A DNA stretch of 46,598 nt from a virus (Duplodnaviria > Caudoviricetes). Both the position numbers and the translations under genes were made by a program. A model generated the notes under the pieces. The model was not told the origin of the DNA and made no database searches. It saw only the letters and a list, made by a program, of their open reading frames with translations. Below are positions 8,393-16,739 of this stretch, piece after piece; within the stretch, counting starts at the first letter, position 1, and the number at the start of each line of letters is the position of its first letter. The DNA lies in IMG/VR virus record IMGVR_UViG_3300024251_000011, positions 1-46,598 of that record. One strand, given 5' to 3'.

Positions 8393-9477
8393 CAGCGGCC
8401 CCGATTCGGATCCGTGACGGGCAGCTCACCGCCGCCGAAATTGAGCGGCGCGCTCGGATTGATGTGCGCCGTCATAATTTCTTTCTGCATGCTCGGCCAG
8501 AGCTTTTTCAGCTCCTGCACCTGATTGAAGAGAAACTGATCCGTCGCCTGCGGATTCGTCAGATGTTGCTGCACCTGTTTCAAGTATTCGAAATTGCGCG
8601 AGCCTTGAAGATATGGTGCCGAGCCAGCAATACTGATGAGAGACGCGAGCTGCAAGCGCGCCTGATCGGCCGCGTTCGTCGGCGTCAGTCCCATCTTGTA
8701 GAGCGCCCACTTGGCGCGTGATGTGATCGCATTCGGAACTTGCGATTGCGACGGATCGAGCTTGCTTTCGAGTTCGCCGAGCATCGGCGCCACTTCACGC
8801 ATCGATCGGATCGCTTTTTCCGCATCCGCGCCGAGCGGCTTCATGTTCGGCGGCATCGAGAATCCCGAACCGTCACCACCGTCGAGCGCCGAGCTGTCGC
8901 CGCCTGTCGGCAACTGTCCCGGCACGAGCTGCGGCGACATCCGGAGCTTCTGTTGACGTGCCAGGTCCGCATCGGCCGCGCTCTGCGCGGCGGATCCTGC
9001 CTTGGCTTCGAAGGGCACTTCAGCCGCGCGCAACGCTTCGGGCGATCCCGCCGCTTCAAATTCGCCCATCGCGTGACCACGTGTTTTCAGGAAGTCCGCG
9101 AAGGCGTTCCGCTTCGCAACCGTGTCGGCCGCCTGGCCGATCTCAGGGCGCATCGTGGTCGCGGCCGTGTCGAGCGCGCCACGAATGCCGCCGACGCGCG
9201 CCTGCTCGGCGTCGCCCGTGAACGGATCGTTCGCGATGTCACCCTTCACGCCACGGAGCTGCGAGCCGCGATACAAGGCTTCGCCCCGATCGCCGACGCG
9301 GAGTGCCGTATCGAGCTGATCTTCGATCTCGTGCTGACGGTCAGTGCGGAGGCCGCCGAGTTCCAGCGCGCCAGTCGGATCGCCGACGCCTGCATCGGGA
9401 CTGTCTGCGGACGGCGCGAAGCCGAAGTGCTTCCGGAGGACCGCGACCGCATCGCGCGTCGATGGTGTAGAAGCCAT
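8392..9477 (-). CDS. Putative internal virion/ejection protein
   Basis: Helical, Ala-rich; TGATG coupling; position in the operon. Confidence 0.65.
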   Translation of the reverse strand: MASTPSTRDAVAVLRKHFGFAPSADSPDAGVGDPTGALELGGLRTDRQHEIEDQLDTALRVGDRGEALYRGSQLRGVKGDIANDPFTGDAEQARVGGIRGALDTAATTMRPEIGQAADTVAKRNAFADFLKTRGHAMGEFEAAGSPEALRAAEVPFEAKAGSAAQSAADADLARQQKLRMSPQLVPGQLPTGGDSSALDGGDGSGFSMPPNMKPLGADAEKAIRSMREVAPMLGELESKLDPSQSQVPNAITSRAKWALYKMGLTPTNAADQARLQLASLISIAGSAPYLQGSRNFEYLKQVQQHLTNPQATDQFLFNQVQELKKLWPSMQKEIMTAHINPSAPLNFGGGELPVTDPNRGR

Positions 9478-10016
9478 CAGGATTGTGCCCCTCCGTAAAT
9501 GCGCTGTCGTGTCTTCGCGAGCCAGAGATCATGCGGATCAGGCATTGGGCTATTACCATGCACCGTGATCGGTGCCGTGCCGCTCACGCGCCCGCGCAAC
9601 GCATTCACCGATCCCGTGTCCGCGTAGGGACCATGATCTTCCGCCGCGTTCCCGAACGGACCTGTATCCGGCGCCGCATACGGTCCATCGATCACCGGAT
9701 TCTGATTCGTGAACGGCGAGCGCAGTCCAGTGATCTGATTTGAACCTTCCGGACTTGGACCGCCGACTAGCTTGACCGGCGCGCCGCCGCTCACATCGCG
9801 GATCGACTGAAAGAAATCGTCCCACTGCGGATTGTTCATCGCCATCACGCGCGACTTCAGATTGTTCCCGCGCGTCTGAGTGAGTCCCGCGAGGCCGCCG
9901 CCGTTGTCGAGCGCTGCTTGCTCCGAGGCTTGTTCATCGTTGGCGCGATACTCTTGCGCGCGATCATGGACGGACCCGCGCAAGGCATTCAGGCGCGGCA
10001 TGCCCGTGGCGGCCAT
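9477..10016 (-). CDS. Putative internal virion protein
   Basis: Low-complexity Gly/Asn/Pro; coupled in the ejection cluster. Confidence 0.6.
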   Translation of the reverse strand: MAATGMPRLNALRGSVHDRAQEYRANDEQASEQAALDNGGGLAGLTQTRGNNLKSRVMAMNNPQWDDFFQSIRDVSGGAPVKLVGGPSPEGSNQITGLRSPFTNQNPVIDGPYAAPDTGPFGNAAEDHGPYADTGSVNALRGRVSGTAPITVHGNSPMPDPHDLWLAKTRQRIYGGAQS

Positions 10017-10017
10017 C

Positions 10018-10917
10018 TCAGTAGAGCCTCGAAATGAGCGTGTTCACGGAGGCGTTGCGGGCCGCGTTCGCCGCGATCTGCGCCTGCGTGGCACGCGCCG
10101 CCGCCGCGTCGGCCGAACTGATGTCCTGGCCGCGCTCTTGAATCCCACCTTCGAAACTTGTCGTCGCCGCTGAGAGAGCGCGACCCGCAGCGGCGTCATT
10201 CGCGCCGATCGTCTGACCGCGCTGGGCCACGTCCTGACCGCGCTGCGTGATCGCGCCTTCGTAACCCATCTTCGCGAAGTCGGTCGCTCGATTGACATCA
10301 GAGACGGCCTGCGTGCGCGTCGTGTCGCCCAGCTCTCCCTGACCCTTCGTGAGAATGTTCGTCACGCCGCGCCGCTCGCCGCCGCCTCCGAGCATGCCAC
10401 GCGCCGCGAGCGCACTACGAAGCGCCGTCATGCTGCCTGCGGTTTCGGCGCCGACCTGATCTTTCGCACGCGCGAACGTCGCCGCAGCGGCGGCCGAATT
10501 GTCCGGCAACGCCACGGGCGCGACTTCCTGCATCGCTGCCGGAAGCGGCGCCCCGATCGCCGGGTAGCCGAATGACACCGATCCCACACCGGACGATCCG
10601 CCCGTCCGCACCGGCACCGTGCTCGCTGAACTTGTGGAATTCAGCATGTCGAAGAGCCGCGCACGCATTTGATCCGCCGCCGAGCGCTGCGAATCTTCGT
10701 AGGCTTGTTGACGGACGCGCGCCGCGTCCTCGATCGACTGCACGCGCGACCGCTGCGCAAGGATGTCGGTTGGCGATCCGGCGATCGGCCGGTAGCCCAT
10801 CGACACCGGATCGTAGGTGTAGCCCGCTGGCGCTGACGCCGAGAGGTTCGTTGCAGACCCTGCGTATTCAGGGAGCTGCCACCAGGGCGTCGGACCAGAG
10901 GTCAAGGCACCAGCCAT
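10018..10917 (-). CDS. Putative DNA transfer/ejection protein
   Basis: TQRGQDV, AQRGQTI and QERGQDI repeats typical of podovirus ejection proteins. Confidence 0.7.
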   Translation of the reverse strand: MAGALTSGPTPWWQLPEYAGSATNLSASAPAGYTYDPVSMGYRPIAGSPTDILAQRSRVQSIEDAARVRQQAYEDSQRSAADQMRARLFDMLNSTSSASTVPVRTGGSSGVGSVSFGYPAIGAPLPAAMQEVAPVALPDNSAAAAATFARAKDQVGAETAGSMTALRSALAARGMLGGGGERRGVTNILTKGQGELGDTTRTQAVSDVNRATDFAKMGYEGAITQRGQDVAQRGQTIGANDAAAGRALSAATTSFEGGIQERGQDISSADAAAARATQAQIAANAARNASVNTLISRLY

Positions 10918-10952
10918 TGATTTACCTGCTCAGTTTATCGATTTATCTACCG

Positions 10953-11321
10953 CTATGCTACGCCGATTTCACCCTCACCGTAGATCGTCAGCGCCGATGC
11001 TGTATTCGAGCCGCCCACGAGGAAATCGGCCACATCAAGACGCAATACGTCATACGAGTCGATGTAGTCATTCGCCGGAACGACCTTGCCTGTGCCGATC
11101 ACTTCAGTGCCAGCCACGTTACCGCCCGTGGCTCCGAGCCAGAGCGAGAAAGTCGCCGGGAGCCCGGTCTTATTCACGATGCGTATGTGCTTCAAAGTGA
11201 TGTAGCACCCTGACGATCCACCATTCACGCCGCCGGAAGTGGTAGGCGGATTCAGGATGTTCGTCGTGGGCGTGTTCGTCAGCGCAAGCGGACCAAAACG
11301 GAACGTCTTATTGGATGCCAT
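10953..11321 (-). CDS. Small beta-rich virion protein
   Basis: All-beta pattern (IRIVNKT...FSLWLGA...LTIYGEG) in the tail module. Confidence 0.7.
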   Translation of the reverse strand: MASNKTFRFGPLALTNTPTTNILNPPTTSGGVNGGSSGCYITLKHIRIVNKTGLPATFSLWLGATGGNVAGTEVIGTGKVVPANDYIDSYDVLRLDVADFLVGGSNTASALTIYGEGEIGVA

Positions 11322-11335
11322 AAATGAACGCTCTC

Positions 11336-12313
11336 TTAATATTGTTGATCCGCATGACGCACGACCACGAACATCCGTTGGAGATCGATCACGCGCGCCG
11401 CCGTCGTTTGTGTGACCACGCCGATGTAGCCTGTCGCACCGTTCAACCCTGACGAGCTGAACGCGACAGGAACGGCGACGGTCACGAGCGTGCCGTTGAG
11501 CGTCACATCCGCGAGAAAATTCACGCCGTCATTCGTGTAGACGCGAATCGTCAACGTATACGCGGTCGAGGCGACGATCGAGACGCCCGATGACACCAGG
11601 ATCTGCGTCGCAACCGAGTTGTCGCCGTAGTTGATCTGCCATGCTGCATCGCCCCTGACCGTGCTGTATTGAATGCCCACTCCACGGTTCGCCTGCGCAT
11701 CGGAGTTGGCCGGATACGCGTTGCCGTATCCTACTTGAATTCGCACGCTCGTGATGTCAGAACCCGTGCGGAATTTGCAGCCGAAGAGCATCTCTGATGT
11801 GATTTCCGTCTGACCGTTCGAGCCGACGCCTGCCACGTCGAAGTTCGCGCCCGCAATGTTTCCGCTGACCGCACCCGTCGTGAATCGTAGGAATGTGGCC
11901 GTCGCGTCCGACCCGTCAGAGGCAGTGCCGGTGCCAGCGAGAACGATATTATTTCCCCCGTAGCAGGTGACACCGACGCCGCCGAAATTCGTCGCCGAAT
12001 AGTGAAAGACACGCGGCGCCGTCATCGGCCGTGACGCGGTTTGTGGCAGGTAATAGGCGGCCAGCAACGTCGCCAGCGATTTCCAGGTCGGCGAGACTTC
12101 AGCCGCCTCTTTCGAGAGACAGCGATTCGGCTTCGTCGATCGCGCGAGGCGATTCATCACGCTCGCGACCGTGGGAATGTAAAGTTCGCCATCCGAGATT
12201 TGCACGAGGCCCGTGCCGCCATTGGCAACGGCCAACGGATTCGAGAAGTTCGATCCGGATGGGATCGCCTTGACGCGTGCCTGCCCATCGAGCGCTCGGA
12301 ACATCAGTCCCAT
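11336..12313 (-). CDS. Tail fibre/receptor-binding paralog 3
   Basis: LAVANGGTGL...GELY fibre motif; C-terminal beta-sandwich related to the two upstream genes; start may be 12304. Confidence 0.7.
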   Translation of the reverse strand: MGLMFRALDGQARVKAIPSGSNFSNPLAVANGGTGLVQISDGELYIPTVASVMNRLARSTKPNRCLSKEAAEVSPTWKSLATLLAAYYLPQTASRPMTAPRVFHYSATNFGGVGVTCYGGNNIVLAGTGTASDGSDATATFLRFTTGAVSGNIAGANFDVAGVGSNGQTEITSEMLFGCKFRTGSDITSVRIQVGYGNAYPANSDAQANRGVGIQYSTVRGDAAWQINYGDNSVATQILVSSGVSIVASTAYTLTIRVYTNDGVNFLADVTLNGTLVTVAVPVAFSSSGLNGATGYIGVVTQTTAARVIDLQRMFVVVRHADQQY

Positions 12314-13485
12314 TCCCCATAGATGCCAGAGAGGAAGTCCAGCACCTTCGACACGCCGTCTGTCGTCGTCACCTGAATCTGAAACCGCATCATCGTGCCC
12401 AGCGCACCAGCGGGAATCGCGACCGTCGAAGTCGCATCCCCAATGGTCACGGTGAAATTCGCACCGCCGCCCGTCACGGCGATCGAGATCGGATAGATGC
12501 CGAAGCCTGCGATCGTGGTGACAGCGGCGCCGCCAATCGTCTGTGTCGTGCCGTCAGATTTCCATGTGACCCAACCGTGATCACTAGCGCCGGTCGAATA
12601 GCGGAGGCCGACGCCTTTCAGTGCGTGCTGATCGTCGGCGTTCGTGATCGCAGCGGCGGCGTTCGACAAGACGACCCAGATACGCAGATTCGAAAGCGTC
12701 GGATTGACGCGCAGAACACAGCGCAGCGTCGGATTGTGATCGAGCCAGCACCAATTATTCGGGAGAAGATGGCCCGCATCCGTGCCCGATGATGCGGCTG
12801 TCGCCGCGCGGATCCAAATACCTGCGGGTTCCGTGAGATTCGCGATCGTCCCGTCCTGCGTCGGCAACGTCCAGAAGTGCGACAGACCGCTCAAGAGCGT
12901 AAGCACCCACTGAATCACGGCTGATTTACGTGTCACAAGATCGGGAACGAACGGAAGGATCGTTAACGGATCCGCCCAGGCGGGCCGGAACGACGTGCCC
13001 GTGTTCGTCAAGAGCTTGATCCCTGACGCGTCCTTTGGCAGCGTCCTGACGACAGGGATCCCGATGATGAGTGCTTCCAGCGCCGTAGCGACATCGCTCG
13101 TGGCGAAATACGCCACGGGCGTTCCAGAGGGAAACGCCGCCGACACGGCTTGCGCTTCCGTGAGTTGCGTCACGCCGTTGTAGCCGAGCCATCCTCGCGT
13201 GAAGTTGTTGTATTGGCCGTTCGAATACTGGCCCGTCAGATTCAGATTCGCGGCTTCATTCGATAAGAGGACCATGCCAACCGGCGTGGAGACGGACGGC
13301 GTTGGAAATGTTTTCGCGGTCGAATCGTAACCATAGAGTAGATCGCCCTGCACGCAGCTCGTGAGGCCGATGCCTCCCTGCGAGACGATGACCGGATCTT
13401 GCAGCGATGCGCCCGTGCCTAATTGGACCTTCGAGAACTTCGTGTTGCCGTTCAGATCGACGGCGCGCAATCCCCTAAGTCTCAT
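12304..13485 (-). CDS. Tail fibre/receptor-binding paralog 2
   Basis: Start moved to the ATGA overlap at 13485; VSQGGIGLT...GDLLYG; CWLDHNP...LKGVGLRYST. Confidence 0.75.
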   Translation of the reverse strand: MRLRGLRAVDLNGNTKFSKVQLGTGASLQDPVIVSQGGIGLTSCVQGDLLYGYDSTAKTFPTPSVSTPVGMVLLSNEAANLNLTGQYSNGQYNNFTRGWLGYNGVTQLTEAQAVSAAFPSGTPVAYFATSDVATALEALIIGIPVVRTLPKDASGIKLLTNTGTSFRPAWADPLTILPFVPDLVTRKSAVIQWVLTLLSGLSHFWTLPTQDGTIANLTEPAGIWIRAATAASSGTDAGHLLPNNWCWLDHNPTLRCVLRVNPTLSNLRIWVVLSNAAAAITNADDQHALKGVGLRYSTGASDHGWVTWKSDGTTQTIGGAAVTTIAGFGIYPISIAVTGGGANFTVTIGDATSTVAIPAGALGTMMRFQIQVTTTDGVSKVLDFLSGIYGEWD

Positions 13486-14366
13486 GCCGCCCACTGCGCA
13501 TAGATCGCGCTCATGTCTAGCAGCTTCGTGGCGTTCGCGAGCGCCATCACTTCCGCGTTGAACCGCATCGCCACACCTTGCGCGCCGACTGGCAATGTGG
13601 CCGATCCTGACGACGAATTGATCGTGTAGGTGACAGCCGTTCCCACGAGCTTGATCGTCACGGTGTAAACCGTGTTCGCGGCGACCGCGAGGATCGACGC
13701 GCCGACTGTCTGCGTCACACCATTCGACTCCCAGGGCACCCAACCCGCGTCTCCCGCCGCCGTCGAGAATCGCAGACCGACGCCCTTCAGCGCCGCCTGG
13801 TTGTCGCTATTACTAATGAGCGCACCGCCATTGTTGTTGAAGATCAACCAGTAGCGCACGTTTGCCACGGACGCGCCCGTCCGGATCTTGATCCGCATGA
13901 TCGGATTGTGATCGAGCCAGCAGATCGCACTCGTGCGGTAGCCTGCGGCCGATCCGTTCGCGGACGTTGAGAACCGCCGCCAGGTGTCAGTCGAATCTGC
14001 TACGAACGCCGCCGCGTCTACATCGGTCGAGACAGCCGCCCACGTCAATTGCTGAATCGTTGTCGTGCCGCGAGGCCAGCACGCCGATCCGAAATTCACG
14101 TTCAGCGGATTCAGTCCAGTCAGCGCCAATGTGGCGGGATCGGAATGCGTCGGATTGCCGCTCGTGCCCTGATTCGTGACGACACGCGACCCACCGTTAT
14201 CGACGGGCAAGCGGCTGATCACATTGGCCGCAGAGCCATAGAGGATATCTCCCGCTGCTACGTCCGTGAGTCCAAGGCCGCCATGCGGCACCGTGACCGG
14301 ATCCGGAAACGCGGCCCCGATGTTCAGGCGAATCTTGCACGACTTGTCGATGACGACCAGACCCAT
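13482..14366 (-). CDS. Tail fibre/receptor-binding paralog 1
   Basis: VPHGGLGLT...GDILYG; CWLDHNP...LKGVGLRFST. Confidence 0.75.
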   Translation of the reverse strand: MGLVVIDKSCKIRLNIGAAFPDPVTVPHGGLGLTDVAAGDILYGSAANVISRLPVDNGGSRVVTNQGTSGNPTHSDPATLALTGLNPLNVNFGSACWPRGTTTIQQLTWAAVSTDVDAAAFVADSTDTWRRFSTSANGSAAGYRTSAICWLDHNPIMRIKIRTGASVANVRYWLIFNNNGGALISNSDNQAALKGVGLRFSTAAGDAGWVPWESNGVTQTVGASILAVAANTVYTVTIKLVGTAVTYTINSSSGSATLPVGAQGVAMRFNAEVMALANATKLLDMSAIYAQWAA

Positions 14367-14711
14367 TTACTCGCCGTCATCCTGAAGCAAGTCGCCGACC
14401 GCGAGCGCAGTGCCGATCATCAGCTCGTAGATGACCGCGCTGCTATTGATTTGCAACGTGACGGCGATGCTGCCCGTATCTTTCACGGGCAGCGTCAATT
14501 TCTTAATCACGCGCACGTGTCCTGCCGAGGGCGCCGCGCAGATCGTCACGACGCTTGTTCCATTCGTCGTGCTCAACTGGCGATCGATGCCGACGACTTC
14601 GAACGACGTGGTATCGATGTCCGTGAAATGCACCGTCACCGGGTTGTCGAGCGTGGTCTTCGCGGCGCCCAGCTTGATTTCGAGCGTGTCTGTGCTCTTC
14701 AGAACAATCAT
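14367..14711 (-). CDS. Beta-rich virion protein, probable fibre attachment module
   Basis: TTNGTSVVTICAAPSAGHVRVIK; its TAA is followed immediately and in frame by the ATG of paralog 1. Confidence 0.7.
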   Translation of the reverse strand: MIVLKSTDTLEIKLGAAKTTLDNPVTVHFTDIDTTSFEVVGIDRQLSTTNGTSVVTICAAPSAGHVRVIKKLTLPVKDTGSIAVTLQINSSAVIYELMIGTALAVGDLLQDDGE

Positions 14712-14715
14712 GGAA

Positions 14716-15129
14716 TTAAATGCCTAGCGCGACACGCGCCGCGACTTTCGCGATCGTCAACGAGGACGCGCTGGAGCTTCCGGCGCCTGGCGGTCCTGGC
14801 ATGCCGTCTTCACCATCATTGCCGTCCAGAATCATCATCAGTCCCGCTGGACCTGGCGCGCCGTCCGCTCCCCTGATCCCGACGCCAGGCTCACCGTCCT
14901 CGCCGTCACCGCCCAACATCATCACGACGCGATCGTGAACCGCGCTTGCGATGGCGTTTCGGTTCGCGGCATCCGCATCCTCACGCAGCAGTGAGAATAC
15001 GAGCTGCAAACACTCGTCGATATTTTCGAATTGCTGGCCGAGCGCTTTCTGAAGTTCTGGCGAGAGCTTGATATTCGACGGCCAACTAATCCGATATGGC
15101 TGCGAGCGCGGCTTGCGTGGTGTCACCAT
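14716..15129 (-). CDS. Virion protein with short collagen-like Gly-X-Y segments
   Basis: GEDGEPG, GADGAPGPAG, GNDGEDGMPGPPG. Confidence 0.75.
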   Translation of the reverse strand: MVTPRKPRSQPYRISWPSNIKLSPELQKALGQQFENIDECLQLVFSLLREDADAANRNAIASAVHDRVVMMLGGDGEDGEPGVGIRGADGAPGPAGLMMILDGNDGEDGMPGPPGAGSSSASSLTIAKVAARVALGI

Positions 15130-16739
15130 TAGCGGCGGCCGATCTCATGCACGTCGTCGATTTCGAAGCCGTATAGCGCGACAGGTTCGTTGACCGTCGA
15201 GTGACGGAAATTCAACTGCGCCATCTTACCGACGCCAAGGCGACGCAATCGCTGGCGGCCCAGCCGCATGTTGTAGGAGATCGCGGCTTGCGCGGGCGCG
15301 TTGAGATAGCCGACGCGCGGCGTCACGGCGACGGTGCCTGCGGCCTGCACTTTTCCGAGCACTGAGATCTCGCCGAAATATTGCTCCACGTCCGGCGACG
15401 TGCCCTGAAAGAACTTCGTGTCCACGTCGTAGTCGATGCCGTAGGGCGTGCCGTCGATCGCCACGTCTGAGGCCGTGGCATTCTCCTGATACAAGCCGCC
15501 GTCTGAGCCGCCGATCGTCGGGATCGACACCTGGCGCGTATTCTGACGCACGAAGGCGCATCGCGGCGTGAACGCGGCCGTGCTGTGCGGTCCTGTCCAG
15601 GTGCGCTCGTTCAGATCGAACTCCACGAACTTCAAGGCGCCGTCCGGATCGTAGAGGAACAACCGGTATTTGTTTCGCAGCGGATCGATCATGGAAAAGC
15701 TGCGAGAGAACTTGTTGCGATCGAAATAATCGTCCGTGGCGAACCATGAGCGCACGCGTGCATGTCCCGCCGAGCCATCCGACACACAGGTCAGTCCGTT
15801 GTCGTCCCACTGATAGACGCCATCGAGCCAGAGGAAATAGCCGATGTCACGGTAGACGTTGGCCGCCTCTTGCGACACGAAGCCGCATTCGTCGCTCAGC
15901 TTGATGACACGGAGATCGACCGAACCCGTGCTGTCTTCGATGCCGGTGCCTGTAACCTGCATGAGCCGATTGAGGCGGCCGACGCCGAGCGCTTCGCGCC
16001 GACTGAGAAGGGCAACGATGCCGATCGTGTCAGAACCGACGCGAGGGATCACGATCTCATTGTCAGACGGCCACGAATACATCAATCCAGTTTCCGTGTA
16101 GAACACAGAATCGATGTTGACATCGCCGACGCCGAAGAGCCGATCGCGGAACTCGGCGATGCGCGTCAGACGTGGCGGCGTGCCCAAGATCGGCGCGGCC
16201 GTGAGGCTCAGGCCCGCATCGCTCAGGTCATCCTGCACGGCGGTCAGAACGTTGCCATTCAGATCGATCCACTGAAACAGGACGGCGCCGTTTGTCGTCG
16301 GGCGATAGACGCGGCGCAAACTGATCGCGTCCGGCGAGATGTCCAAGCTCGCCGCTTTCAAGTCCTGCGCAGAGATCGTGACGGACGCCGAGGCCGGACT
16401 GAAATCACTTTCAGCGACGACATTCCCCGCAGAGTCTGTGATGACGTTCGTGTAGCGCAATCCGCCGTAGGTGCCGCTCAGCGCTCCGCCTGACGCCCCA
16501 GAAACGACCGGCGCGAGGCGTGGAGGAAGAGGCGTCAGCGGACGCACCGTGCCTGTTGAATCGATCGTGACGGCCCGGCTGGGCGTGTTCACGAGCACAA
16601 CAAAGCGGCCGTAGACGGCCCAGCGTGGCGGCACGTCTTGCCGCAGTGTGATCCCGGCCGGAAGGGCGAGCGTCGTGATCGTGCCGTTCGTCGCCACGAG
16701 CTGAAGATCGGCGCCTGCTTGAATGACGGTGAATGCCAT
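15129..16739 (-). CDS. Nozzle/tail hub protein (P22 gp10/T7 gp12-like), apparently lacking its usual N-terminus
   Basis: Propeller blades FRDRLFGVG...VFYTE...SWP; ECGFVSQEA...YFLWLDGVYQW; FDLNERTWT; C-terminal DTKFF domain. Confidence 0.7.
   Translation of the reverse strand: MAFTVIQAGADLQLVATNGTITTLALPAGITLRQDVPPRWAVYGRFVVLVNTPSRAVTIDSTGTVRPLTPLPPRLAPVVSGASGGALSGTYGGLRYTNVITDSAGNVVAESDFSPASASVTISAQDLKAASLDISPDAISLRRVYRPTTNGAVLFQWIDLNGNVLTAVQDDLSDAGLSLTAAPILGTPPRLTRIAEFRDRLFGVGDVNIDSVFYTETGLMYSWPSDNEIVIPRVGSDTIGIVALLSRREALGVGRLNRLMQVTGTGIEDSTGSVDLRVIKLSDECGFVSQEAANVYRDIGYFLWLDGVYQWDDNGLTCVSDGSAGHARVRSWFATDDYFDRNKFSRSFSMIDPLRNKYRLFLYDPDGALKFVEFDLNERTWTGPHSTAAFTPRCAFVRQNTRQVSIPTIGGSDGGLYQENATASDVAIDGTPYGIDYDVDTKFFQGTSPDVEQYFGEISVLGKVQAAGTVAVTPRVGYLNAPAQAAISYNMRLGRQRLRRLGVGKMAQLNFRHSTVNEPVALYGFEIDDVHEIGRR

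Noticed and set aside
13486-13743. Extended N-termini in the ORF track (also 21501..22364, 42068 and 44463 starts)
   Set aside because: They overlap upstream genes. Coupled ATGA/GTGA starts or RBS-supported starts lie downstream.
14367-14369. Genome-wide stop-codon reassignment
   Set aside because: TAA, TAG and TGA all end genes with coupled downstream starts, and long genes are uninterrupted in the standard code.
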